From Octopus vulgaris (taxonomy: Eukaryota): a DNA stretch of 64,000 nucleotides. Shown here piece after piece: positions 1 to 11,900 of this stretch. The notes beneath the pieces were generated by a model. The model saw only the letters and a program-made list of their open reading frames with translations, made no database searches and was not told the origin of the DNA. Position numbers and translations under genes: made by a program. Position 1 is the stretch's first letter. Every line of letters begins with the position of its first letter. The stretch is taken from NCBI GenBank assembly GCA_951406725.2, contig OX597828.1, positions 21,142,001-21,206,000 of the forward strand. The letters are read 5' to 3'.

Positions 1-75
1 ACTGTTATGCGTGTGTGTGTATTTGTATGTGTGTGTGCGTGCGTGAGTGAGTGTGTGCGAGCGAGTGTGAGTGCG

Positions 76-107
<32 letters not shown>

Positions 108-127
108 AGAAAGAGAGAGAGAGAGAG
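1..127. repeat. (GT)n/(GA)n compound microsatellite
   Basis: Direct reading of the sequence. Confidence 0.95.
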
Positions 128-292
128 TTGATCTGATGAACTAGGTTTCTTTCGTTATTTGCATTAACACAATATAATTGTAGAAACGGTGAGCGTACAT
201 ATTAATGAAAAACATGTATGCATAATTCCATGCAAACTGAAATTAGTACTACAAGAAGAAGGTTGCGAAACGGCTGTAACCCTATAGAAGTC

Positions 293-1590
293 ACGTGGTT
301 TGTTGTGATGCTCTTATGGTTACTGTATTGAAAGTGTTTTGCGTAGGATGTGTGCAGTGCCCAGTAGTGCAATTTTGTGTATGTTATATATATTTGTAAG
401 TCCTGGTGTTTTTGTTGTGTATTTGTCTGAATATTTTTTTATCATACCTAATGCGCTTACTATGACAGGAATGACAGGAATTGTTTCTGTTTTTAAATAC
501 CACATTTGAGTTACCTCTATTTCCAGATCTTTGTATTTTGATAATTTCTCCATTTCTTTTTGAGAAACGTTGTCATCTACTGGTATTGATACATCAGTTA
601 GAAAGCATTTTTTTTCATCGTGACTCTGACAACTATATCTGGCCTATTGGCCTTAATTTCTCTATCTGTGTGTATTGGCATATCCCATAGTATGGTTGCT
701 TTCTCGTTTTCTGTGACCTTTTCTGGCGTGTGCTTATACCATCTTTCTTCTGTTGTCATTCCATAGTGTTGTCATAGCTTCCAGTGTATGTAGGTTCCAA
801 CTCTATCGTGTTTGTGAATATATTCCTTCTTAGCCAGGACTGGGCAGCCAGAGATAATATGATTTATTGTTTCTTGTCCATCTCCACATATTCTGTAGTT
901 AGTCGTTATGTTTCTTTTCATTATATGTTTTTCGTAATTTCTGGTGGGGGGGCTTTAGTCTCGTGCTGCAATTAAAAATCCCTCAGTCTCTGCTTTGAGT
1001 CCTGAGCTTCTCAACCATTTCTGGAATTTTTCTCTGTCTATCTCTTTTGCGTTTAGTTTAGCCCAGTATTTGCCATGAAGGGGCTTTTCTTGCCATCATT
1101 TTATCAAGGTCCATTGCTATTCTAGTTTTAGTTTGGATTTCATTTGTTTTATAGCTTTTGTTTCTTCTTCTTCTTCTTCTTCTTCTTCTTCTTCTTCTTC
1201 TTCTTCTTCTTCTTCTTCTTCTTCTTCTTCTTCTTCTTCTTCTTCTTCTTCTTCTTCTTCTTCATATTTGTTAAGTTGTATGACTTCTTGTTTGTATTTG
1301 TCAGCTTCCTTAAATACTAAAAACAGCTTTTTGTGTTGCTCGTATTTTGTGGCTATTTGTATTAGTTTTCCTTGCTTTTGAAGTAGATATTTTTGCAGTC
1401 CTATGGTGGTTATTTTATAATAGTTTCCCAGCTATATAAGGCCTCTACCACCTTCGATACGTTGTATATATAGCCTTTCTAAGTCACATTTTGGGTGGTG
1501 CATCCCAGATCCTGTCATTATTTTTCTTGTTTTCCTGTCTATTTAGGTTAGTTCATTTAGTGTCCAGTTAAGGATATTGTAGCTGTAACT
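293..1590 (-). mobile_element. Decayed 3' part of a non-LTR retrotransposon with a restriction-like endonuclease (R4/Dong-like)
   Basis: The minus strand encodes HHPKCDLERLYIQRIEGGRGL, NRPDIVV (PD-D/ExK motif) and EKLSKYKDLEIEV...KIALLGTAHILRKTL. It has frameshifts and an internal (TTC)n expansion at 1162-1263. Confidence 0.8.
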
Positions 1591-2053
1591 TATATAGAGC
1601 AGCGGACAATTTACCTTCCCGTATTTGAAACCGTTCTTTACATTCTGTGTTCGAATCCTACCGAGGTCAGTTTTATCTTTTGTTCTTCAAAGGTCGATAA
1701 AATAAAGTACCAATCAATTACCAGTCGATGGTATCGACTAAATCTATACCTTTCAAAATTGCTGGCTTTGACCCTGAATCAGACGTCAGTATTAAGGGAG
1801 CCCAGGGTACAATAAGAAAAAAGACACCTTCTAATAACTATTTACGCCTTTGTATGTTTCGTGTTCGAATCTCACCGATGTTGAACTGCGCATTTTCTAT
1901 ATATCAGGATTTTGTTATGATAAAACATCAATCAAATATTGGCGGGAGTCGATTTCATAGTTTTATAAAAACACCTTGGATGTGAATGGAATTATAATTA
2001 GATGCAGATTCCTGGCTTTGCATTGAATGTTGGAATTCTTTCCCCTCCTCCTA

Positions 2054-2303
2054 TCTTCTTCTTCTTCTTCTTCTTCTTCTTCTTCTTCTTCTTCTTCTTC
2101 TTCTTCTTCTTCTTCTTCTTCTTCTTCTTCTTCTTCTTCTTCTTCTTCTTCTTCTTCTTCTTCTTCTTCTTCTTCTTCTTCTTCTTCTTCTTCTTCTTCT
2201 TCTCATAACGATCATTATTGCCGACGCCATCGTCATCGTCGCTGTTGCCGCTGCCGCTGTCACTCGCCGGTTGTTATTGTTATTGTGGTGGTGGTGGAGG
2301 TGG

Positions 2304-2351
<48 letters not shown>

Positions 2352-2510
2352 ATGTCATCATTATGGTGATTTGGTGGTGATGGTATTGGTGGTCGACGGC
2401 GTCGTCGTCGTCGTCATCGTCATCATCATCATCATCATCATCATCATCACCATCACCATCACCATCATCGCCATCGTCGTCGACGTCTTCGTCCTTGGTC
2501 ATCGTCTTCA
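2054..2510. repeat. (TTC)n followed by a CAT/CGT/GGT triplet mosaic
   Basis: Direct reading; this tract produces the poly-S/F/R/H ORFs in the track. Confidence 0.95.
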
Positions 2511-3533
2511 AGCAGGTTTCGTGAGATTTTCGCAATGGCTAACGAGATTTGACAAGGTGAGTAACAATTGAATTATGGAACTACTACATAAAACGAATAA
2601 CGCAACATGTCAGTTTATGCTGTGAACTATAATGGAGAAGCAATTAAATTAAGACTAACATTATTAGCATCTCTAGGCTTAATGACGTCACCATTGCTCG
2701 TCATCTGACATGGCGGCGATCGTCTGCTTGAGAGCTTTTAGAAGTGGACATATAGATATTGCTAAATGGATTGAATGAGTTAATGCCGAATTGAACAAAA
2801 GTGATCAAGAAAATGGCTAGGGGTTCGTACCATGTCATTGAATGGCAAATAACCGAATGATTAAGAAGTTTTTTTGTAATACCTAAATCCTGGTTTCGTT
2901 CCTACTGTGCTGCTTCTGAGGTAAGTGTCTTTTATTATCTGTATTGTCTTGGGTTAATCCGTGTCTTGTTAGTGAAATTGTGTAGACGGAAACTGTACGG
3001 AAACCCGTCTGATAGATTATAACAAGTCGAAAGGTTCAGCCCTGGCATACATCCTAGATGGGAACAGGGCTTTTTTAGCATCATTATAGTTCTCCAGGCA
3101 AATCAATGCGCTGAGCTGCATAGTATCTATTTTTTTTTTAGAACAAGCTACACCATATATACATCAGAATTGGGCTCCTAGACCTGTAAGGGCTGCAGGC
3201 AACTGCCTGCTGTGCGCATACTTTAAAACGACCCTGGATGGGAATTGAACTATAAAAGACGCAAATTCATGACTTTGGACCGAATGTTAGAATCCTCCTC
3301 CCTCCTCCCTCCCTTAGTTGTTGTTTTTACGGTGGTGGTGGTGGGGGGGTGATGGTGGCTGTTGTCATTGACATCACCATCATCATCACCATCATCATTG
3401 TCATCGTCGTCGTCATTTGATTGGACGTCGTCATCGCTCACCACCACGACGATCATCATCATCATCATCCCCATTGTTTACGTCGTGGTCATCACTTGGA
3501 GGTGTTTTGTGATCATGGTGCTAATGGTAGTGA

Positions 3534-3658
3534 CAGGGCAGGCCCTAGGTTTGCTGGCGCCATGGGCAAGCTGAACCTCGGCGTGTAACGCTATCCTTGC
3601 CCTAGCAGTTGGCGCCCCGAGTGACTGCCCGAGTTGCCGGTACCTTGAGCCGGCCCTG
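3534..3658. mobile_element. 125-bp hAT-type MITE
   Basis: Termini CAGGGCAGGC...GCCGGCCCTG with an 8-bp TSD GGTAGTGA/GGTAGTGG. Confidence 0.75.
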
Positions 3659-4039
3659 GGTAGTGGTCGTCTTACCGGTTCTGGCAGACAATTCCGTTAA
3701 AGGTACACATATCTGCAGATTACCCAGCCGTTTTCAGTTCAAATCCTGTCATCTTCCAAGATGGGAAGAGGAAGCGGGTGGCACTTCAATTAAGAGTTGT
3801 GACCACCGACAAATTGTTTCAGTAATGTGATTTAGAAAAAAAAAAAAAAAAGAAAGAGGAAAAAATCGGAAACATCATTTGTTTGGTTCGATTGGAAGAT
3901 GGTCAGAGATGCGACAATTAAACCGGTAACCAATTTTTTCACACAAAATAATTTTTTTCAAACAAAGTAAATAAAACACAAAATAAATAATTTTCTCACA
4001 CAAAGTAAATAATTTTTTTTAAACAAAGTAAATAAAATA

Positions 4040-4425
4040 GGCGCAGGAGTGGCTGTGTGGTAAGTAGCTTGTCTACCAACCACATGGTTCCGGGTTCAGT
4101 CCCACTGCGTGGCACCTTGGGCAAGTGTCTTCTACTATAGCCTCGGGCCGACCAAAGCCTTGTGAGTGGATTTGGTAGACGGAAACTGAAAGAAGCCCGT
4201 CGTATATATGTATATATATATATGCGTGTGTGTGTTTGTGTGTCTCTGTTTGTCCCCTAGTGTTTATGTCCCCGTTACTTAGCAGTTCGGCAAAAGAGAC
4301 CGATAGAATAAGTACTGGGCTTACAAAAGAATAAGTCCTGGGGTCGAGTTGCTCGATTAAAGGCGGTGCTCCAGCATGGCCGCAGTCAAATGACTGAAAC
4401 AAGTGAAAGAGAAAGAGTGAAAGAG
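4040..4425 (+). mobile_element. tRNA-derived SINE, family A (head GGCGCAGGAGTGGCTGTGTGGTAAG)
   Basis: A-box/B-box-like head, internal (TA)/(TG) microsatellite and GAGTGAAA tail. Further copies at about 4974-5670, 18149-18565, 22545-22942(-), 46660-47100, 47101-47352(-), 48841 and 51098-51260(-). Confidence 0.9.
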
Positions 4426-5257
4426 TGAAGACACAAAGTAAGGATCGACTAGTCACGACTAACAAGTGCGCGCACCGGGGCCACTCTTCTTAAGTAGGAC
4501 CCTATAAATAATATATGGATAAATATATCTCTCCCCCACTTTCCTTCTTTCTCATTCAGGTTATGTCGTCTCCAACGTCGCCACCACCCGTCCATCATTC
4601 TACCCCATTCTACCCACAGATCAACAATCCTTTTGTTTTTATTAATCTAGTTTTACAAAATTAAATTAGAGAATTGGTCAAAACAGGGAACACAATTGAA
4701 AAAAGTTAAAAAGAAAAAAAGAGAAAGAAAATCTGGAATGTTAATCCGTGTCTTGTTAGTGAAATTGTGTAGACGGAAACTGTACGGAAACCCGTCTGAT
4801 AGATTATAACAAGTCGAAAGGTTCAGCCCTGGCATACATCCTAGATGGGAACAGGGCCTTTTTAGCATCATTATAGTTCTCCAGGCAAATCAATGCGCTG
4901 AGCTGCATAGTATCTATTTTTTTTAGAACAAGCTACACCATATATACATCAGAATTGGGCTCCTAGGCCATACAGGCGTAGGAATGGATGTGTGGTAAAG
5001 TAGCTTGCTTACCAACCATATGTGTCTACTACTATAGCCTTGGGCCGACCAAAGCCTTGTGAGTGGATTTGGTAGACGGAAACTGAAAGCCCGTCGTATA
5101 TATGTATATATATATTAGAAGGTTTGGAGATGATGTACAGGTATTTTATATTAGAAGAAATGCGGTACTCAGAAATGTATCAGTATGTGACCTCGTCTGT
5201 ACCACTAGCGATTTTTTTCCCCCTGTCTTCCCTTCTCGGCATCTTTCCTTCTCCTAT

Positions 5258-5292
5258 GTTTCCGACGAAGAGCTCCGCTTGAAACGTCAAAC
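5258..5292 (+). ncRNA. Minimal hammerhead-ribozyme-like motif in a Penelope-like insert (about 5117-5400)
   Basis: GTTT-CCGACGA-AGAGCTCCGCTT-GAA-ACGT-C-AAAC gives stem I GTTT/AAAC, a core with one U>C change, a stem II, and palindromic stem III ACGT. Confidence 0.55.
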
Positions 5293-5398
5293 CCCACTTC
5301 TTCCCTTTTTTTCCTAAGCGTCCAATAATACTTTATTTGTTCCATGTCCTTGCGTTGTTGTGTTTTTTTGTTTTTGTTTTCTTGTTTGGATTAACTTC

Positions 5399-5485
<87 letters not shown>

Positions 5486-5777
5486 TATATATATGTGTGT
5501 GTGTTTGTGTGTCTGTGTTTGTCCCTGTAACTTAGCGGTTCGGCAATAGAGGCCGATAAAATAAGTTCTAGGCTTACAAAGAATAAGTCCTGGGGTCGAT
5601 TTGCTCGACTAAAGGCGATACTCCAGCATGGCCACAGTCAAATGACTGAAACAAATGAAAGAATAAAAGAACATAGATAGTTACACAGAGGCATGTTTTA
5701 ATACATATGTCCACTTTCACACTTTAAGTAGGGGCTTTTGTCCGTACCTCTGTTCAGGACCCCCAGCTATCAAGATA

Positions 5778-6012
5778 GCTATTTCTTTACAGCCCACAAG
5801 GGGCTAAACACAGAAGGGACAAACAAGGACAGACATAGGTATTAAGTCGATTACATCGACCCCAGTGCGTAACTGGTACCTAATTTATCGACCCCGAAAG
5901 GATGAAAGGCAAAGTCGACCTCGGCGGAATTTGAACCCATAACGTAACGGCAGACGAAATACAGCTACGCATTTCGCCCAGCGTGCTAACGTTTCTGCCA
6001 GCTCGCCGCCTT
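5778..6012 (-). mobile_element. tRNA-derived SINE, family B (core resembling the Meta domain)
   Basis: Head GGCGGCGAGCTGGCAGAAACG and core GCCTTTCATCCTTTCGGGGTCGATAAA. Other copies at about 21689-22060, 24855-25565, 28432-28655, 37467-37698, 41342-41785 and 55700-57045. Confidence 0.85.
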
Positions 6013-6066
6013 AAAAACACATCAAGATAGCACCCCCCCAGTTGCAATCGGCTGGCTACGTGGCTG

Positions 6067-6871
6067 CCTGCTACCCAGCAGCCAGTAAACACTGCCGCTA
6101 GTGTTGCTGCTGATAAGTAAGTGATTCACCATACTCCCTATGTTGGTGACGACACTTGTCTTAGACGTTTACTTTATATAATGGTAAGAACGTATATTTA
6201 CCATTCAACATACAATATCTATATAAACTTTAAAATAATTGATTTAAAGATATTAAAAATATTTTAAACTACAAAATGTAAGGATTGAATATCTTGACAA
6301 TATAGCAGGTAATTAAATGTGATTGGAATAAATAATTTACACATCAGTGGGTGTAACATTAACTTTGTAAATATAGTCTGTGGTAAAGAGGAAAAAATTA
6401 TCGCTTCTCGGCCTTTTGGCTAAGATCAAAGTGTAGTATCTGTTCTTATCAGCTTAATATCTGATACGGTCCCTATTTGGGACCATCGATATTAAACCGA
6501 TTTTTAGAACGAGGCGAAGTGTTAGGGGCTTGCTCCGCCTTTGCCACGGGTTGGCCTGGTATTGCAGTGCTTCCAGGATTCAGCCCATCTCCCACCCGGG
6601 AGATACAAATAAATAATAATGTCAGATATGTTATTACAGCCCCTCCCTTCAACGTTTATTATTTTTTTTGTTCATCATCGCAGCGGGTTTTCCGTTAGTT
6701 TATCTAATCGTTGCTAAAAAGACCTTCCTCGCCGTCAGCAAGCGATTTACGTTCGATCCCGCCTCAACCCATTTCCTTCCTCTTTGCTTTCTCATTTCAA
6801 ATCCCGTCATCGCTTTCACACCACCGCCTGCCAGCTTCAGTGTCTTTAGAGGGGACCCTTTTTTCTTCTAA
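6067..6871 (+). repeat. Left arm of an ~800-bp inverted repeat (U2 gene plus flanks)
   Basis: Reverse complement of 12710-13500, highly similar from CCTGCTACCCAGCAGCCAGT to TTTTCTTCTAA. Confidence 0.95.
6400..6591 (+). ncRNA. U2: U2 spliceosomal snRNA
   Basis: Starts ATCGCTTCTCGGCCTTTTGGCTAAGATCAAAGTGTAGTATCTGTTCTT, includes the branch-pairing GTAGTA, an Sm-like GATTTTTAG and loop IV TATTGCAGT; about 192 nt. Confidence 0.97.
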
Positions 6872-7456
6872 GCCCCACACGGCTTCGGCAGAAGGTAATG
6901 GGCGAAGCTTCTGCTGACTCTTTCGCCACAACTTGCTCTCACTCTTTCCTCTTGCAGCTAACCTGCAACGAACCGGCGTCCCATCCAGGTAAGGAACCTA
7001 TATGCCAAGGAAGAGACGGAAATACATACTGGCGTTTATTGTGATTTAAAAACCTCCCACCCGTGACAATCGCATCTGCTGTTTTCTCCCAGAGACTATG
7101 CTCGTAAGTAGTTATGGTGTCAGATACCAGAATTCCTACCAATTGAGCCTGTCTGTTAGCTGCTATTTCTACTTGGTTGATAGATAGGGAATGTCACTTC
7201 TTTCGTGCACCTACATTGTTTGCAGCTATTATACTTACCTGGCACAGATTTTTCCTCGGATTACGTCGGATTATTTTACGCTGTAAGCTGTTATGTTAGT
7301 TCGTTCTGTTTGTTCTGGATTTACACGTACAATTTTTGGATTATTATCTTGTGGAACAAAGTAATTTTCGCCCTTCGGGGGTAGAAAATTTCTTTTTATA
7401 TATGAACTATTAACTCAGTGTGGAATTAACTTTTATCTTGTCACTTGAATTTTAAT

Positions 7457-8937
7457 ATGGATCTTGACTTAACGTCAAATTCTGATTTTCCCGAGATGGG
7501 AGAAGGTATAAATAATGGAAAGCAAAAGGATACAAAGGAGAAACAAAGTTTTTCGGAAGCCGTTGGAGGCAATGTTATAGAACTGGAAGTAGCAATGGGG
7601 GAACTCTTCCAGTTCAGAAAGTTAATGCAAAGGAATGGAGAAGAAACAAGATTAATACCGCCCCCTGAAACGTTACAAGCAATCCGTGAGAAGACGGTAA
7701 TTTACAAATTAATGAGAAAAAAGTAGCGGATGTAAAAAATGAATTGGTAAAACGTTGTATGGCGCCAATTTGGAATAAGGTTCGCTATGTTGGCCGAGGA
7801 GTGAGAAGCGCTACGATAGAAGCGCATTTCGAGTCGGCTAGCATAGCGAAGGAAATTTCAACACAAACGTTGAAAAGTGAAGACATCCTGTTGCTGCCCA
7901 CTTACTTAGGCCGCAGAACAGCTAAAGTAACAATAGAGGACATACCAAGAGGTTACGATGTAATGTGGGCAGCAACAGCAGACATATTTGACGTAGAGGA
8001 GAAATTGAACATTTTAAACATGAGGATGAAAGAGGCGAAATTTTGGAAAGGCTAGCAGCTTGAAATGACCATTCAAGCGGACAACCGCAACGCTGGAGAG
8101 TTTGTCAGACAGGGTCTTCGTGGGGTATGGATACACTATGCGGGTATCGGTGGAGGGACGTAGGCCCAGATGTTTCAAATGTGGACAGAAGGGTCACGTT
8201 CGCTCAGAATGCAAAAAGAAAAAAACCCTTAATGCCCCCCTTCAAACCGCTGTGGAAAACAAAGCAGACATCACAGCAACAACAAAAGAGAACACCCGGA
8301 AAAAGCAAACTGAAAGTCAAAAGGAGGAAAAGAAAATGAATGGAAAACAAAACGAAAACGAAAAGTTGGAAATTTTTTATCAAATGGAAAAGAACTGGAA
8401 GTAATGGAATATACGACTGTAACCAACAAAAGGAAGAAATCCAATACCCCGGACTCCCCACCCCAAACAAAAAGAAAAACAAACGCAGAAGAACAACACA
8501 AAAAAATTATCCAATCCCACCCCGCTGGCACTACTTTTGTAGGCCAGCATTTCATTAAACCCCAGCCCCCAACTTTAAAAGGATTCAAAAAAAACATAGG
8601 TGCATTGCTTATAATGCGAAAAACGAGAGAGTGGTATGGTTCATAAAGGCGAAACCAAACATAAAATGTTTCAAGTCGACGGAAAAAGACCCGGATTGGA
8701 GGTATGCGAAGGTTGGAGAGGAAGAGTGAAAGGAGAGACTCTTCCAACTACACGTAAAAGACAACCTAATAAAAGATGTCACACAAGAGGTGATAGCTGG
8801 GAAATTGAATATTAGCCCGGCAGCCACTCCATCCCAGAGCCCGGTGGCAACGCCGGTGAAATGCCCAGCAGCTACGGAGAGTGTGGGGGAGACAGGCAGA
8901 CATAAGTTGCCATGCTCCCTCTCACAAACGTAAGTAA
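7457..8937 (+). pseudogene. Tx1 ORF1 (gag-like, zinc knuckle), disrupted
   Basis: Fragments 7445-7726, 7744-8055, 8102-8404 and 8404-8646. Contains CFKCGQKGHVRSEC and aligns with the 60519 ORF1 (PIW...V.RG, LPTYLGRRT vs FPSYRGRRT). One frame ends KRK-TAA. Confidence 0.85.
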
Positions 8938-8957
8938 CAAACTTTCTTCATTCATTG

Positions 8958-11900
8958 ATGATTAAGTTGGGCTGTATAAATGTGCGTGGAATGGAGTCGA
9001 AATGGAAACAGGCTTGTTTGCTGAACGACCTCATGACACACAGAATAGATGTAGCCATTGTCACCGAGTTCAAGATGAGAGGAACCCAAGCGTTCTCGCA
9101 TCTTCTCAATGGTTACGAGAAATTTATTTCTCCTAGCCGAGGAGGAAGTGCAGGCGTGGCAGTCCTCATCAGGAAGAACTTGGACTTACAGGTAAGTACT
9201 GTGTTTCTGGACCCAGAAGGTAGGCTGGTTGTCCTCGATGTAACTCACATGAGTAAGCAGTCCTTCAGGTTGGTAGCTGTTTATGCTCCTAATGAGGGTA
9301 GGCAGAATGGTTTTTATCGGAACTTGGAGCACTTTCTAGTGACGTCTAAAACGGTAGTATTGGTAGGGGATTTCAACACTATCATCGATGCGCAGATCGA
9401 TAGTGTGGGCTCGTCTGATAGAAGAGGGAATCCTTGCCTCAAGGGTCTACTGACGAGCTTTAATCTAGTAGATCGGTTTCGAATGGATGAGCCGAGCATT
9501 CCACAGTGGACGTGGAGTAACAATGACGGCTCACGCAGATCGTATAAAGAAAGGGTATTTGTTAGAGAACGAGATAGGAATAGCATTAGCTGTCCACAAT
9601 TTTGTATTGTGCCATACACGGATCACAAACTAGTGACGTGTGAGGTACATGTAGATAAATGCCATAGACAGGGACCCGGGTACTGGAAAATGAACAAGTC
9701 TATTTTGGCTTGTGAAGCTTTCCGTAACCGGATTATGGAATTAGTCCAGAGGGCATTATGTGGAACCATCATTAATAATAGATGGTGGATCGCCCTCAAA
9801 AGAGCCATCCGTTTGGAGTCCATTAGATTTAGCAACCAGCTAAGTTTAGAGAGGACTAGAATAGAGGGCGATTTAGTTAAGAACTTAGACGAGGCAATGG
9901 GATCTGGCTGTGCATCTAGAGTGTTAGCAGAGAGAACGGTCTTGTACCGTCACCTCAATGCCAAGCATGAAGGGTGTAGAGTCAGAGCTAAGCTACGTGC
10001 AGTGAAATGAGAAGGTATTAGTGTTGCCGGATGGGCACGTCGTGTGGAGAGTCAGAAGGGCAAAAAGTCCTGTATTAAGTCTTTAACTGACGAACAGGGA
10101 CGCAAAATCTATGGACAGGAGGTGATATAGAAGGTCTTTCAACAGCATTTCGCTCGGTTGTTTGGGGAGGGCGATCCACTCGAGCGAGGGGAGGACTTAC
10201 AGAACTTCCTAGCTGGTGGGCCTCGGCTCTCGCCACGCGGAGCGGAATGCTGTGAAGGACCGATTACTCCCGCGGAGGTAAGAGAGGTTTTGGCTGAATG
10301 CGCCCGGGAAAAGTCGCCGGGACTGGATGGTCTGCCCTATGAGTTTTATTGTTGTATGCCGGACTTGTTCGGGGACATACTGGCAAGCGTCTACGCAAAC
10401 TGGCAACAGAATGGGAGGATTCCCAGTTCTGTGAGCCGGGGAGTTGTGACGCTGATCCAGAAAGACCCGAGCAAGGGGGATAATATTAGTAATTATAGGC
10501 CCATAACTCTACTTAGTGTAGAGTTAAAGATTTTGGCCAAGGTGTTAGCAGAAAGGTTGAAGGTCGTCATGAAGAAACTTGTCGGGAAGGCACAGACATG
10601 TGCAATCCCAGGCAGGTCGATCGAAGATAATCTTCACCTTCTCTGCTACACTATAGACAGGGTTGAGCAATTAGCCGGCAAAGGAGGGGCATTGGTCCAT
10701 TTAGACCAAAGTAAAGCATTTGATAGGGTAGATCATCAGTACCTGGCGACGGTTCTCGAAGCGGCTGGGCTAGGCCCTGACTTTCGCCGGTGGATCGCAG
10801 CTATGTACAGCGGTATCAAGTCCACAGTCCAGGTAAAAGGTTACCTAACGGAACCGTTTTCGATTAAGCGTTCAGTTCGTCAAGGATGTCCCTTGTCCCC
10901 TCTCCTGTACGTTTTGGCTCTTGAGCCATTGCTGCGGAAGTTGGAGACGGTGGGATGCAATCCTAATGAAATCGGATGCGGTAAGTCTGTTTCTGCTTAT
11001 GCGGATGACGTCACCTTCATCGTGTCCAACGAAGCACAACTAACTCGTGTAGAAGGTGCTCTCCGAAGATACGAAGCGGTGGCAGGGGCAAAAGTTAACA
11101 AGGACAAGTCCACTGGTTTGCGCCTCGGCACCTGGAGGAACAAGCCGATATCGTCCAGTGCTGTTGGACACTGGACAGATGGTCCTATTAAATTGCTTGG
11201 AGTTTGGTTTGGTTCAGACTCCCAGACGGAGAAGAATTGGAGCGAGGTAGTGACCAAGGTAGAAGCATTAGCACGGAAGTGGTCCGGAAGGCATCTATCC
11301 TTGAAAGGGAGGGCGGAGGTAGTACAGGTGTTTATAGCATCTGTCATCACCTATCGCCTGACCGTCGTGCCTTGCCCCGATTTGTGGCTAAGCAAGTTGG
11401 ATCGACTCCTTTTCCGCTTTTTGTGGAAGGGAGTAAAGCCACTTGTAAGGCGCTCCGTGTGTTGCCAGGAACCACTAAAGGGTGGGCTGGGGATGCCTTG
11501 GTTAATGATGCGCAGGCATGCGCTGAGACCGAGACATCTCTGGTTTCACCTGGCGGGTGATAAGGTGTGGAGTCCGCTGGCAGATAAATTCTTCCCGCGA
11601 CCGGACTCTATGGAGAGATTTAAACCCGGTTTCATTAAAAGACGGAATCTGACTTTATGGCAGAAGGAGTGTCGACAGGCACTCTGGCTGATCCACAAGA
11701 TAGGCAAAGCCGGCAGCGGGAATACCACCTCGACATTTTATAGATGGATGGTAGAGGCAAAAAATGACGGCATCTTAGGAGGGGCTCTGGGGTTCGATGA
11801 GGATCAACTATCCAACCTGTTTAAGAAGACTTTCAGGCCGGGGTATTTGGACAATTACCAAAAATCCCTGACTTGGCAGTGCTATAGGAATGCTCTACCT

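Noticed and set aside
6400-6591. Keno- or Utopia-type insertion into U2
   Set aside because: Both U2 genes are contiguous and full length, and the LINE starts at least 280 nt downstream.
6477-6917. ORFs overlapping U2 and mirrored at 12589-13104
   Set aside because: They are incidental frames in the snRNA gene and its duplicated flank.
9314-11728. Antisense and alternate-frame ORFs within the Tx1 ORF2 (also 60536-63824)
   Set aside because: They are shadows of a GC-richer coding region with no independent motifs.
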